From: Prorocentrum cordatum
Lineage: Eukaryota
DNA length: 56,313 nt
Direction: 5' to 3'
Assembly: GCA_963575745.1 (NCBI GenBank)
Contig: CAUYUJ010000097.1
Span: 62,001 to 118,313 of the forward strand
This document shows, piece after piece, positions 41,101 to 53,531 of this stretch. The position numbers were made by a program, and so were the translations under genes. Below the pieces are notes generated by a model, which had not been told where the DNA came from, did no database searches, and worked only from the letters and a program-made list of their open reading frames with translations. How positions within the stretch are numbered: the stretch's first letter is position 1; each line of letters starts with the position of its first letter.

Positions 41101-43130
41101 GGCTCTCCTTCAGAGTGCCTGGGAGGGTCTGAGGTTGATTGTTTTCGTGGGTGCAATGGTACGGTTTCCCTCGTATCACACGCTGCTTATATTGATTATC
41201 TTCGGTTCTGATGGGAAGTCGATCAGCTTTTTGATTGCAGCTTGCTCAGTATCGGTCATGTCACGCCCAAGACCATGAAAGGGTATTGGCGCGGCTTATG
41301 TTTGTTCATGGATGAGTGAGTACGGGTCATGACACCCACCTATTCCTTCTCTCCTCTTCTCCTCCTCCCCCTCCTCCTCCTCCTCCTCCTTTTCCCCCTC
41401 CTCCTCTTCCCCCTCCTCCTCTTCCTCCTGCCCTCTCATCTCCCGATCCTCCTCTGATTGGGGGAGCCGCCGCTGGCCATCCTCCCAATCCTTCCAATCC
41501 TCCTGCTCATCCTCTGCCCACGCGTGCCTGCATGTATGACACGGTGCTTAAGGCAATCCAGCATAATCGTGATGCGTCTGAGTTATCGGTGGGCGTTCCT
41601 TGGCTACTGGTGCCCAGGCTTTGACCCCAGTATGCAGGTGCCGTATACACTATGAAGCGATTGGGGCTCATGTTGGACGTCCTGGGACAACATCTTTTTT
41701 TACGGACGGGGCTTCCTTCGGACCGGCGATAACAGAGATAATGAGATGTGGATTGGCTTTTGTCATGTCTTCCTGTTCGTGCAGGTTTTGGACCTTCACC
41801 TGGCCCTGGGGCACCGGGGCCCTTGGGCCATCTTGGGCGCCTCTTGGGCCGTCTTGGGGCCCTCTTGGGCTGTCCTGGGGCCCTCTTGGAAGCTTCTTGG
41901 GCCGTCTTGGGGCGGTCTTGGGCGCCTCTTGGGCCGTCCTGTAACGTCGGAAAGCCCAAAAGACAACTTTGTTGAACATGTACGTTTTACGAAGGGAATG
42001 GGCCAATTTTTGCGTCTAGGGGCCCTCTTGGGACGCATGTTGGAGGCTTCTTGGGGCCTCTTGGGGGCGTCCTTGGACGTCTGGGGTCTCCTGGGGCATC
42101 TTTTGTGGTTTTGTTTGTTTTTAAGGGATCTGCAAACTGCGCGGGCCTCCTGGCTGGCCTTCTTTTTGTGGGTCGCGGATGAAGGCTCGGCTTGCGGGGT
42201 TCGTGGTCCCCTCTGGGCACCTCTTGGGCCCGTCCTTGGGGGCCCTCTGGGGGCCCGCCTCTTGGGCCCGTGCTCTTTGGGGCTTCTTCCTTGGGGCCCT
42301 CTTGGGCTTGTCCTGGGCCCTTTGGGCAGGGTCTTGGGCCTATCCGGTTCTTGGGGCGGGGTATTGGGCGCGCTCTTGGGCCCCTTGGTCCTCTCCTGTA
42401 GCGTCGGAAAGCCCAATGAGGCGACTTGTTTCTCAAAATGTACGTTTTACGAAGGGAATGGGCAAATTTTTGCGTCTAGGGGCCCTCTTGGGACGCATGT
42501 TGGAGGCTTCTTGGGGCCTCTTGGGGACGTCCTTGGACGTCTGGGGTCTCCTGGGGCCTCTTGAGGGGCCTCCTGGGGGCCTCCTGGCGGCCTCTTGGGG
42601 CGGAAGGCTCGAGCTTGCGGTTCGTGGTCCCCCTCTGGGCCCCCTCTTGGGCCCGTCTTGGGGCCCTCTTGGGCCATCTTGGGCGCCTCTTGGGCCGTCT
42701 TGGGGCCCTCTTGGGCTGTCCGGGGGCCCTCTTGGAAGCTTCTTGGGCCGTCTTGGGGCGGTCTTGGGCGCCTCTTGGGCCGTCCTGTAACGTCGGAAAG
42801 CCCAAAAGACAACTTTGTTGAAAATGTACGTTTTACGAGGGGAATGGGCCAATTTTTGCGTCTAGGGGCCCTCTTGGGACGCATGTTGGAGGCTTCTTGG
42901 GGCCTCTTTGGGGCCTCCTTGGACGTCTGGAGGCCATCTTCAGCATCTCGGAGCCCTCTTGGAGGCCTCTTGGAAGTTTCTTGGGCCGTCTTGGGCGCTT
43001 CTTGGGCCGTCTTGTCTGACTGGGGAGGCCTCCGGCAAGCCCCAACGAGCCTCCGGGCCCCCCGGGGCGCACATTTGTGGTAGAGGTCCCGGCCCCGGGC
43101 CCCCGGACCCGGTGCGCCGTTATATGTATA
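38118..43130. mobile_element. ~5-kb non-coding element with ~70-bp TIRs (TATACATATAACGGCGCACCGGGTCC...)
   Basis: 38118-38188 and 43061-43130 are inverted repeats. The interior is a mosaic of GGCCTCTTGG-type repeats. A related reversed segment lies at about 46890-47180. Confidence 0.7.
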
Positions 43131-43201
43131 CAATGGGCTGTACCGCAAAAACTGGAACTCTGTCGCTGTTGGCCTGCTCGGTTCTGAAGTGCAGCGTCGA
43201 G

Positions 43202-45087
43202 TCACGCGAAAGTGGCCCTTGCCACTGACAAAGACCGAGCCTGGCCTCTGGGTTTCTCATCCACCAGAAAGGTTCTCAGAAAGGTATGGTGGGCACAGTC
43301 CGCTGGGGGTGTCATTACGTCTCTGTGGTCGTCTTCCCCCAGCAGGCCCCCGACGGCAAGCCCTGCTCGCCCCAGATGTTTCACGTACACGTTCAAATAC
43401 TGGAGGCCACCGTCCGTGCGCCCGTGAACGACTTTCAGCTCCACCTTACGGAACGATGGGCCGAAAGCAATCCATTGTGGAGCCTTGTCATCGGGTTGCA
43501 ATGCGCTATGATGATACCCTCCAGCTTGTTCGGCCTCTGCCCACGAACCCGTAACGTTCAACTCTTGGAAGTACATGTCAGAACACTGTCCACCTAGGCG
43601 GCGCGCGTAGGCCTGCACGCGAAGCAATGCGACTTCAGCGATCATTCCACGAGGGATGTTGATTCGCCGACCCCTTCGGGTGACCCCGCGTGGGAGATCC
43701 TAGGCAGCCCACGAGGGTCACAAAGCTGCCAACGAAGCCCCTACGACCTCGCCCAGAGGTCCCCCAGGGCGGCCCAAGAAACACCAAAGATGGCCATTAG
43801 CCCGAAGATGGCGCCACGACGTCCGTGAGAGGATCCCAGAGAGTGCCTGCGACTGCGCCAGGCACCCGAAGATGGCCCAGGAGTCCCCCAAGAGGCTCCC
43901 AAGAGGCCTCAAGGTGTCTCCAGGAGGCCACCAGGTTAACCCCAAACACTCCCAGGAAACTCAGACGCCCATGCCCCATGCGTTCTGGACATGCACCACC
44001 CCTCGAAGCAAGAGGAACCCAATCTCACGTGTCAGCTGTAACTAAAATGCACCCAAGGGGTCGGCGGTGCGGCTTCAGCCCAAAAATCAGAACATGGTGG
44101 CCCGGCTTCATCAAATCGAACCGCTCGCCATGAAGGTTCTGCAAATGGGGATCGCCGGTGGCAGCCACACCAGCGCCAGCTGCACCAATCGAAGGAAACG
44201 TCGGGTGCGGCGTCGGCCAACCTGGAGGATACGTCGGGTTCGGTGTCGGGCTGGGCGTTGGGAACGGCGTCGGGAACGGCGTCGGGAACGGCGTCGGGAA
44301 CGGCGTCGGGAACGGCGTCGGGAATGGCGTCGGGAACGGCGTCGGGTTTGGAGTGGGGTTGGGAGTGGGGTTGGGCGTCGGGTTGGGCGTCGGATTAGGC
44401 GTGGGGTTGGGCGTGGGGGTGGGCGTCGCTGCGCTGCCCCCCCAGACGTAAAACACCACATCGTCCAACTTCTTGTAGTAGGAGCAATGGTGTCCACCGT
44501 TGACGCAGCGGTAGCCTGAAGGGCCCGCCCAGCAATCGACTGAACCATGCCCAAAGAAATATCGGCAGCACTCTTGTCCAGCGAGACCGGGCCTTGTGTG
44601 CAGCAAGTCTATGCCGTGCGCTGTGGAAGGTTAATAGGCCCAGGTCGAACAGGATTCGTAGGATGAAGCCAAGCAAACTCTGGTATTGGCGTACGTCAGG
44701 CCGAAAGACGCCGAGGTGTCGACGTAGTTGTCGTTCGACCTCACGTACAAGTAGCTACTGCAATCGGAACTCTTGATTTGGTAGATGTGCGAGTAGCCAT
44801 CTCGTGCCACTGCCCTAGAATTGATTTCAGAGTCAGACAATTTTGCATGGCTTGATCCGATCGACGAAGAGATGTTTCCGTACGCCCCGGTTGTGATGGG
44901 GGAAGGAATAGGACCCCTTTGAACCATCCTGGATCTGGTATATCTTAACCCATTCGCTGGCCTCCGCCATTGCCTCGGCCTCGGCCTCCATGCGAGACGT
45001 GTTGGTACGCTGCCGCGCGTGGACAGCGGCCGCGGTAGTGGACAGAACTGCCATCCACATGGACGCGCGTGCCGTATGGGCTCTCAT
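43202..45087 (-). pseudogene. GDPH-domain gene paralogue with a different Cys-rich N-domain and a (PT-x)n stalk; disrupted
   Basis: Signal-like N-terminus, +1 frameshift in the G5 run at 44898-44902, in-frame TAA at 44631-44633, GDPH at 44145-44156, insertion at 43663-44086, and C-terminus at 43202-43662 homologous to the 35288 gene. Confidence 0.8.
43663..44086 (+). mobile_element. 424-bp Helitron2/Helentron-like insertion
   Basis: Removing it restores ...HVLINIPRG. Terminal cgccgacccctt pairs with subterminal aaggggtcggcg, followed by hairpin ggcttcagcc. Inserted at an AT. Confidence 0.7.
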
Positions 45088-45639
45088 GTCGCCCGGGCCT
45101 TGCGAGAAGAGTTCGTAGGTGTCAGTGTGTGGGTACCAAAAGCTTTTGAGAAGACCTAATGGCTATGGAACAGCGCCTCTGCGTCGGCCATTCTGGAATC
45201 CCCGAGCCCTCATGAAGAAGTGGCACCTCTTGCTCTTGGGAACGCACCATCTACTTCTGCTTGCATCCGGAAGCCCTCTGCCGACGTCCGCCGACGGAGC
45301 CATCAATGTTCCATTTTCGACGGCTTTCGCCAGCATTTTCCCAGCCGAGGGCCCCAGAGAGCCCAAGATGACCGCCAAGATGGCTCCAGATGCCTCAAGA
45401 CGGTTCCAAATGGTTTCGAAGATATCTTAAAAGACTCCAAGACGGCCCCAAGACGGCCCCAAGTGGTCTGTGTTTGGTTGCCTCCTCGTCGTGTCACTTC
45501 TGATGCCTCCCCGAGGCCTCGGGATGACTCCAAGGTGGTCCAAGACAGCCCCAGGAGAGGTCCAAGAGGCCCCGAGACGGCTGCAAGAGCGCCCACGATC
45601 GCCTCAAGATGGGCTCCAAGAGAGGTCAAAGAGGCGCTC

Positions 45640-45938
45640 GAAAGTGGCCATTGTCAACGACAAGGAACGAGCCTATCCGCTGGTGTGTTCATTCACTGGA
45701 GAGGTATGATGGGTACAGCCCGCTGGGGGTGTCATTACGTCTTTGCGGTTTTCCCCCAGCAGGCCCCCGACGGCAAACCCTGCTCGCCCCAGATGCTCCA
45801 CGTACACGTTCACATAGTGGAGGCCAACGTCCATGCGCCCGTGAGCGACTTTCAGCTCCACCTTACGGAACGATGGGCCGAAAGCAATCCATCTCGGAGC
45901 CTTGTCATCGGGTTGCAATGCGCTATGATGATACCCTC
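45640..45938 (-). pseudogene. C-terminal fragment of a fourth GDPH-domain gene
   Basis: KVELKVAHGR...HLGRAGFAVGGLLGE, truncated at the (CCT)n tract 45938-46206. Confidence 0.8.
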
Positions 45939-48344
45939 CTCCTCCTGCTCCTCCCCTCCTCTTCCTTCCTCCTCCTGCTCCTCCTGCTCATCCCCCGCTC
46001 TCCTTCTCCTCTGACTCCTCCTACTGCTCCTCCTCCTCCTACTCCTCCTCCTCATCCTGCTCCTGCTCCTGTTCCTCCTCCTCCGGCTTTTCCTGCTCCT
46101 GCTTCTCCTCCTTATCCTCCTCCTCTTCTTGCTTCTGCTCGTCCTCCTCCTCCTCCTCCTCCTCCTCCTCCTCCTCCTCCTCCTCCTCCTCCTCCTCCTC
46201 CTCCTCTCGCTGGAAACATCCTGTCACCCCCAGCTCGGAGAGGCAGCGTGGACCTGCTCAGTGAAGGAAGTATCCATCTTGGAAAGATATCGGAAGCTCG
46301 GAAGCCATGAAAGCCAACCTGGGACGTTCTCAGGCGCTTCTCAGGCTGTCCCAAAACGTCGGGAAGGTCAAAACCGGGCCGTCTTGGGGCTCTCTTGGTC
46401 TGGCTTGAGGCCCTACTTGGAGCTTTTTTGGCCATCTTGAGGCGGTCTTGGAGGCATAGGCTATCTTTGGGCGCCGGGAAACTGAAAAGGCGAGGAGGCC
46501 GAACACCTGCAAAATCCCGGGGGAAATAAGTGATTTCGACCCTGGTGGCACTCGTGGGAGACCTCTTGGAAGCCTCTTGGGCCGCCTCAGCGACCTCGTG
46601 GGCTGTCCTTGGGCCATCTTCGGTCGGCTTGGAGTATATTCTTGGGCGCTCTTGGGCGCCTTCTGGGTCGTCTGGAGTTCCTCTTGGGCCGTCTTAGGGG
46701 TGCTCTGGAAAGCCCATTCTGAATTTCAATAAAACAATGGAACATCAACAGTGCTTGCCTGTTGAGGCCCTCCTGGGAGTCCTGGAGGGCCTCAACGAAA
46801 GTTGTGAGCCGTCGAGGAGCTCTCTGGGGCTGTATTGGGGCTCTCTGGGGCACGTCCTGGGCCGGACCGACAGCGAAAACAAACAACATGTTTAAAGTAT
46901 ACGTTTTACAAAGGGAATGGGGCTATTTGGGCCACTTGGAGCTCTCTTTGGAGCCCTATTGGGAGTCGCTTGGAGTGTCTTGTGGACTTCTGAAGGTGCC
47001 TTCGAGGCCATGTTGGGCGTCTGGGAGCGACCTTCGAGCGTTCTGGGTCTGCTCCCGAGCCTCTTGGGGCCTCCTTGGCGCCTCCTGTGAGGCCCTGGAA
47101 TGCCGAAACCCTATAAAAATACAGGGAAAATGAGCCCCCAGGCCACACATTTGTGGTCGAGGTCCTGGCCCCGGGGCCCCAAGACGGGCCCAAGAGGGGG
47201 CCCAGAGGGGGACCACGAACCGCAAGCTCGAGCCTTCCGCCCCAAGAGGCCGCCAGGAGGCCATCAGGAGGCCCCTCAAGAGGCCCCAGGAGACCCCCAA
47301 GAGGCCCAAAGGAGGCCCCGAGAAGCCCCACATCGGCCCCCAAAATGCGTCGAACCTGCTTCCAGGAGGCCCCCGACAGGTTCAGAGGCTCCCGAGAAGC
47401 TACGTCAAACTCCCAGCGAGCGACGGGACGAGGCCCCCCACAAAATCACAAGAGGGTTCCAGTATTTGTATCCTTCAGCGCTCTCTGGCCTTTTTCCCCC
47501 TGCCCCCTTCCCTGCGTGACCCGGGAGGCCCCGGGCGGCCCCCAAGAGTCCTCCAACATGGCTCCAAACGCTTCCAACAGCACTCCCACGAGGGCCCCAG
47601 CAGGCCAAACATTGATTTTTTCAATAGTCTTGGAGGGTTGGCCTTCTGATCTCGGCGGCTGTCCGACGCTCCTAGGCGGCCCAGGAGACCTCCGAGACCG
47701 CTCCCAAACAGCTCCAGAAGCGCCCAAGGCCGCCCCGAGGCGGTCCCAGAGGGCCCAAGGCTGGCCCAAGAAGCGCCCAGGGCCGCCCACGAGGGCCCCA
47801 AACAGGCCCGAAAGGTGTCCAAGAGACGGACCGCGCTCGGAAAACCCAGGGCTTCCGCTTCAAGAGAGCCCCAGGGGGCTTCAGATAGCTCCCAAGAGGC
47901 TTCAAACATGGCTCAGGACGCTTCCAGGAGCACCCCCCAAGAGGGTCCCAACAGGCCAAAATCGTTCGTTTGACTCAGGAATTGGAGGATCTTGGCCTTC
48001 TTGTCTGTTCGGCTTTCCGACGCTCCAATGGGGCCCAGCGCGCCTCCAGGTCCGTTCCCAAACAGCCCTGGGCGGGCCCGGGAAGCCCCAGGGAGCCCGC
48101 GAGACCGGCCTTGCGCAACCCAAGAGTTCCTCGGCAGGATAGGGAGGGGGGGAGAGCGGGGGGGCCTCTGGCGCCCCGTGCTCCAGGAACGCTCCTCCGG
48201 AACATGGCGTGCGAACGATGAGGATCGGGGATCCCAATAAGCAAAAATCGTAGATTTCCTTTGGGGAAACTGATATTTTGGGCGTGTTTGCCTTTTGGGC
48301 GTCCACTGCGCCAGGGGGCGCCAGGTGCGACAGGTGCGACAAGT

Positions 48345-48660
48345 GCGCCCGCAGGGGACAGGGAGGCCTCAAAGTGGTCCGCGTAGGACGTACCTTCGCT
48401 GGGCCTCCCAGGAACTTACGAAAGTGGCGACAGTTGCCAGATCGCAGCCCCGCAGGGGACAGGGAGGCCTCAAAGTGGTCCGCGTAGGACGTACCTCCGC
48501 TGGGCCTCCCAGGAACCCACGAAAGTGGCGACAGTTGCGCAGATCGCAGCCCCGCAGAGGACAGGGAGGCCTCAAAGTGGTCCGCGTAGGACGTACCTGC
48601 GCTGGGCCTCCCAGGAGCCCACGAAAGTGGCGACAGTTGCGCATATCGCAGCCCAGCAGG
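48345..48660. repeat. ~102-bp tandem repeat, three copies
   Basis: gggaggcctcaaagtggtccgcgtaggacgtacc at about 48361, 48462 and 48564. Confidence 0.85.
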
Positions 48661-48806
48661 GCACCGCGAACACAGGAGAGAAGAAGGAGGAGAGGGCGGG
48701 AGGTGGATACCACAGTGCTCTATTCAAAACGAGTACCCAACACAAGGAGGGTTTGGAAAAAAGGGAATGCCCAGAATTCCAGTTTTTTGTGTGTTTTTTT
48801 GTTTTT

Positions 48807-48847
<41 letters not shown>

Positions 48848-49547
48848 CTCCTATATATATATATATATATAGTGGGACTCTGACTCGGAGATCCCGCACA
48901 TCCCCTGACATTTGGCCAGTACCGCGCCTCCCGGCTTCCCGGGGGACCCCCAAGACGCCCAAAGACAGCTCAAGACGACCCTAAGGAGTCCCCAGAGCGT
49001 AAAGAACGGCCCAACACGCTCCCGCGCAGCCCGAGACACGGCTCTCCAGGCCTACAGGAGGCCTCCAGAACCCCCAGGGGGTCCGGAAGAACCAACACCC
49101 CTGAGGAGCCGGGCTAACAAAACCCACGAGGCACAAACAAAACACAGCGCCGAACGACGCCGAGGAACTGGAAAAAATGGACATCCCACAATTCCTTTTT
49201 CTTGTTTTTCAAGTTTGGCCCCCGGTCTACTCTCGCACAACACACCACAATTCAGACCCCGTCACCTCCCCCAAAAAACCCAGGAAGCATTTGAGGGCCC
49301 CAGATCGTTGAATACCGAAAGGAAATGAATTAATGATTTCTGCGTTTCCGCATTTCCCTTCTATACGATTCCGAGGCTTGCGCAGGGCCTCCAAGGGAGT
49401 CCCTGGACGCAGGAAGCGACCAAAATGAGATTACATTATTTGGCCGATCAAGCCTAGCTAGATCTTGAGCGCGCGCGAAGCGCGCGCGATGTTTTTGTTT
49501 ATTATTATTATTATTATTGTTATTGTTATTATTATTATTATTATTAC

Positions 49548-49591
<44 letters not shown>

Positions 49592-49606
49592 ATATATATA
49601 TATATA

Positions 49607-49641
<35 letters not shown>

Positions 49642-50284
49642 ATAATGGATAGGGGGTCCCGGGCACCCCAAAGTGCACTGATCTATCTTCTGGCCGTTTC
49701 GGGCTCGGCGGGGGGCGCCAAACAACGTCAAAGGGGGGCAAGAGGGCGCCAAGATGTCCCAAGAACGCTTTAAGAGAGCCCAAGACCGCACAAGAGCGTT
49801 TCAGAATTGGTCCAACATGGCTTAAAGACAGCCCGAGAGTGCTTCAAGACGGCCAAGATGCTCTCAAAAGGACTCCCACGAGGCATTCAGGAGGCGAACA
49901 AAGTGTTATTTTCGATGGTTTTTGACGGTTTTTCGTGTTCTCGCTGTTTCGTGTTTCCGACTGTCCAAGACAGCCCACGACGGCGCAAGAGAGCCCCAAG
50001 ACGGCCCAAGCGCGCCCCCCAAGACGGCCCACGAGGCGCTCAAGATCGCCCAAGAGGGCCCCAAGACGGCCCCAAGAAGGGCTCAAGAGGGGGAACACGA
50101 ACCGACAATTCGAGCCTTCCGCCCCAAGAGGCCTCCAGGAGGCCCCAAGAGGCCCCCAACAGAGCCCAAGAGGCCCCCTAGGTGCCCCACGAGGCCCCAG
50201 AGGCCCCAAAGAGGCCGCAACAGAGGCCCCAAGAGCACCCCAAACGGCCTCCAAAACATACCGGTGCATAGCAAAGGACCGCCT

Positions 50285-50900
50285 AGCCTATCGTGGCATC
50301 GCAGCGTTGCATGACATGGCATGGCACGGCACAGCTCGACATAGCTAACCGTGTCAATGCATATCACAGTATGGTTCAGCATACCATCGTATTGCATTCC
50401 ATAGCAGTGTTTAGCTGAGCCTCACACTGCAAGTCACGACGTAACATTGCCCAGCATGGCCTGGCATCTCATGACGCACCGTGGCGTACTATGGCACTCC
50501 AATGCGCATACATTACTATAACAGCACCGTACTGCTCTGCGCAAGAGTAAACCGTGACCATACAAATATCACACCCCCGTTGTTGCTCTTACTGTCGTCC
50601 TGTTTATTTTAGCCTAGCAGTTCATAACATGGCATAGCATTGCATTGCATTGAATAGCACGGTATGCCGTGTCTGTGCATACCGTGTAACGCGGTAGCAT
50701 CGTTCTTCATAGGAAACATCGCATGATATGGCTCAGCGTATCATCCAACATATTACCATAGCATTTCACAGCACAGCATGGCATGGCATGCAATGCGCAC
50801 TGTGCGGTATATCATGTTATTGCATTGCATACTGCATAGTGGCATTGCGCTTTATAGCGTAGCATGGCATATCATGGCGTCCCATAGCATAGTGCAACAT
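50285..50900. repeat. Degenerate pentamer satellite (GCATG/GCATA/GCATT)
   Basis: Direct reading. Confidence 0.7.
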
Positions 50901-51770
50901 GGCGCTGTAGCGCTGCATTTTTCCTGGCCCATAGCTTGGCGACAGATCACCGGTCGACCGGTCGATGAGAGCGGAGGAGGAGGAATAAGGAAGGGGCAGA
51001 AGGAAACATATGATGTTGACCTGCATTTGCATCTAAGGGGTAAATCGGCCAGCAGGGCCCACGCCACGCCAGTGGGGATAGGGATCGGTTAAACGATGCC
51101 CAGTTTGCCTCCTCCTGCTGCTCCTCGAGCCGACGGTCGGGGGGCGCGTTGTCGGCGCGCGGCCCCGCGGGCTCGGAGGAGCAATGCTTTGTGGTGCAGA
51201 GTGCCGCGAGTGTCGATCCTAGCCGCAGGGGAGTATGGCGTTTTTTCTGCATATTTGCACGTGCGGGTTCCTTGACACGAGTTTCGTTGATTGCCCCAAG
51301 TGCTCCGCAGCCACGCTCATAGCATAGTGCAACATGGCGCTGTAGCGCTGCATTTTTCCTGGCCCATAGCTTGGCGACAGATCACCGGTCGACCGGTCGA
51401 TGAGAGCGGAGGAGGAGGAATAAGGAAGGGGCAGAAGGAAACATATGATGTTGACCAGCATTTGCATCTAAGGGGTAAATCGACCAGCAGGTCCCAGGCC
51501 ACGCCAGTGGGGATAGGGATCGGTTAAACGATGCCCAGTTTGCCTCCTCCTGCTGCTCCTCGAGCCGACGGTCGGGGGGCGCGTTGTCGGCGCGCGCCCC
51601 GCGGGCTCGGAGGAGCAATGCTTTGTGGTGCAGAGTGCCGCGAGGGTCGCTCCTAGCCGCAGGGGAAAAATAAGTGCTCCGCAGCCACGCTCATAGCATA
51701 ATGCACAATGGCGCTGTAGCGCTGTATTCTTCCTGGCCCATAGCTTGGCGACAGATCGCCGGTCGACCAG
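50883..51770. repeat. Tandem repeat with periods 435 and 375 bp (two full copies and one partial)
   Basis: catagcataRtgca... starts at 50883, 51318 and 51693. Confidence 0.85.
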
Positions 51771-53531
51771 TTAAGCGCGCGCGAAGAGCATGCGTGGTTC
51801 TAGGGTCCCGGGGCCCCCAAAGTGCACTGATGTGTTTTCCGGCCGTTTCGGGCCCAGCGAAGGGCGCCAAAAAACATCAAAGGGGGCCGAGAGAGGTTCA
51901 AGAGGGCGCCAAGATGGCCCAAGAGCGCTCCAAGAGAGCCCAAGACTGCACGAGAGCGTTTGAACATGTGTCCAAGAGGCCTCCAAGAGGGCCCAAGAGA
52001 GCTCCGAGAGACGTCCCGAGAGGGCCCGAAGAGGCCCAAATCATTGATGTGCATTGGTTTGTTCGATGATTTTCGCTTTCTCGCGTCCTCGAGCTTCCAA
52101 TGTTCGAAGAAGGTCGAAGACGCCCTCAAGACCGCCTCAAGACCGCCGAAGACGCCCCAAAAGAGCGCCAAGACGGCTCCAGAGAACCTGCAAATTGCAC
52201 ACGAGGAGCCCCAGACGGCCCAAGAGGCTCCAGGATAGGCCCAAAATGGACCACAGAGCGGGAGCGGGAGGCCCCAGGGCGTTCGAAGACGGCCCAGATG
52301 GCCCGGGCCTCCCCTTTCTGCCCCTCCTTCCCTCCCACCCCCTCCTCCATTACCTCCTCTCTCCTCTTCTTCCCCTCACCCCTCAGTTTTCGTGCTTCTC
52401 CCTCCTCTCCTGGGACGGCCCCGCCAGAGCGCCAGACAGGCCCCGCCTGAGCGAGCGGGGCATCGCTATACCCTATCATTTCACAAGTTGCTTTGCCCGT
52501 CACACCCCTCAAGGGCGGCCCCGGCAGAGCGAATACAGTCCCTGTTACGTTTTGCTCTTCCCACCGCACCCGAAGTAGTTCCGTTAGAGCGCACGGGATG
52601 TGGTTATACCATAGTTTTCCTCAGGTTTCGTGCTCTTCCCTCCCCTCCTGGGCAAGCCCCGCCAGAGCGCCAGGGAAACCCCCGTTAGAGATAGCAGGAC
52701 ATCCCTACACCATACTCTTTCACGCGGCTTTTGCTCCTCCCACCCTTGCAAGGCGGACCCGCCCGAGCGAGCGGGGTGTGGCTATACCATACAATAGTTT
52801 AGGTTTCGTGCCCCTCCCCCACCTCCTGAAAAGGCCTCGCCAGAGCGCGAAGAAGGTACCGCCAGAGGCCCCGTCAGAGCTCCACGCAACCCCATATATG
52901 GGACTTGCCAGGCAAATCATTGAGCATCCCCCGTGACCCCGCCCCGAGCCTTCTGTTCCCACGGGTGCGATTATCGCCGGCATGAGGTTTGGCGTCCAGC
53001 ACAAAGAAGTTTCCCCACTCCCGTGGACGGACTCGACAGCAACTGATTGCAGAGACGGGCACAGATGACGAGGGCATCTGCGCGCGCCCTCTGCAAATAT
53101 CCGACAGCTGAACGACCGCTGTGAACGAGAAGCTTGGAGCACAAGGAAGAGGAAAATAACAACGCGCTCCCACGCGTGCGCAACGAGGCCCCGAGCCAAC
53201 CCCAACATCAGGAACCTTCAGATGTCTGCGTGATCGGGCATGGGGAGATTGAGCAGATTTGCGAAATCATTGAATGTTGCGACGGGGCAGAGCGGAAATG
53301 AAAGTGGAGAAACAAACGCAGTTCGATAAACCAAATGAAGGCGGCAGCGAGATTGTGAGGTGCGCGGGAACGTGGCGCCCCGCGTTCAGACTACGCGTTT
53401 TTTGCGTCTATGACATGGACCCGAGAACGCTGGAACTCGTCGTTGTGGCCACAGCGGGGTTTACAACGGCACCCGTGGCTCATCTGCGACTAGAACCTAA
53501 GCGCGCGCGTAGCGCGCGCGTGGTTTGAGTC

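Noticed and set aside
40942..41800. Non-repetitive lower-GC patches, possibly LINE fragments
   Set aside because: No recognisable motifs, so they cannot be assigned.
41746..43083. Numerous 100-270-aa ORFs rich in LGPSW/PKRPQ
   Set aside because: Products of the GGCCTCTTGG-type repeat on both strands.
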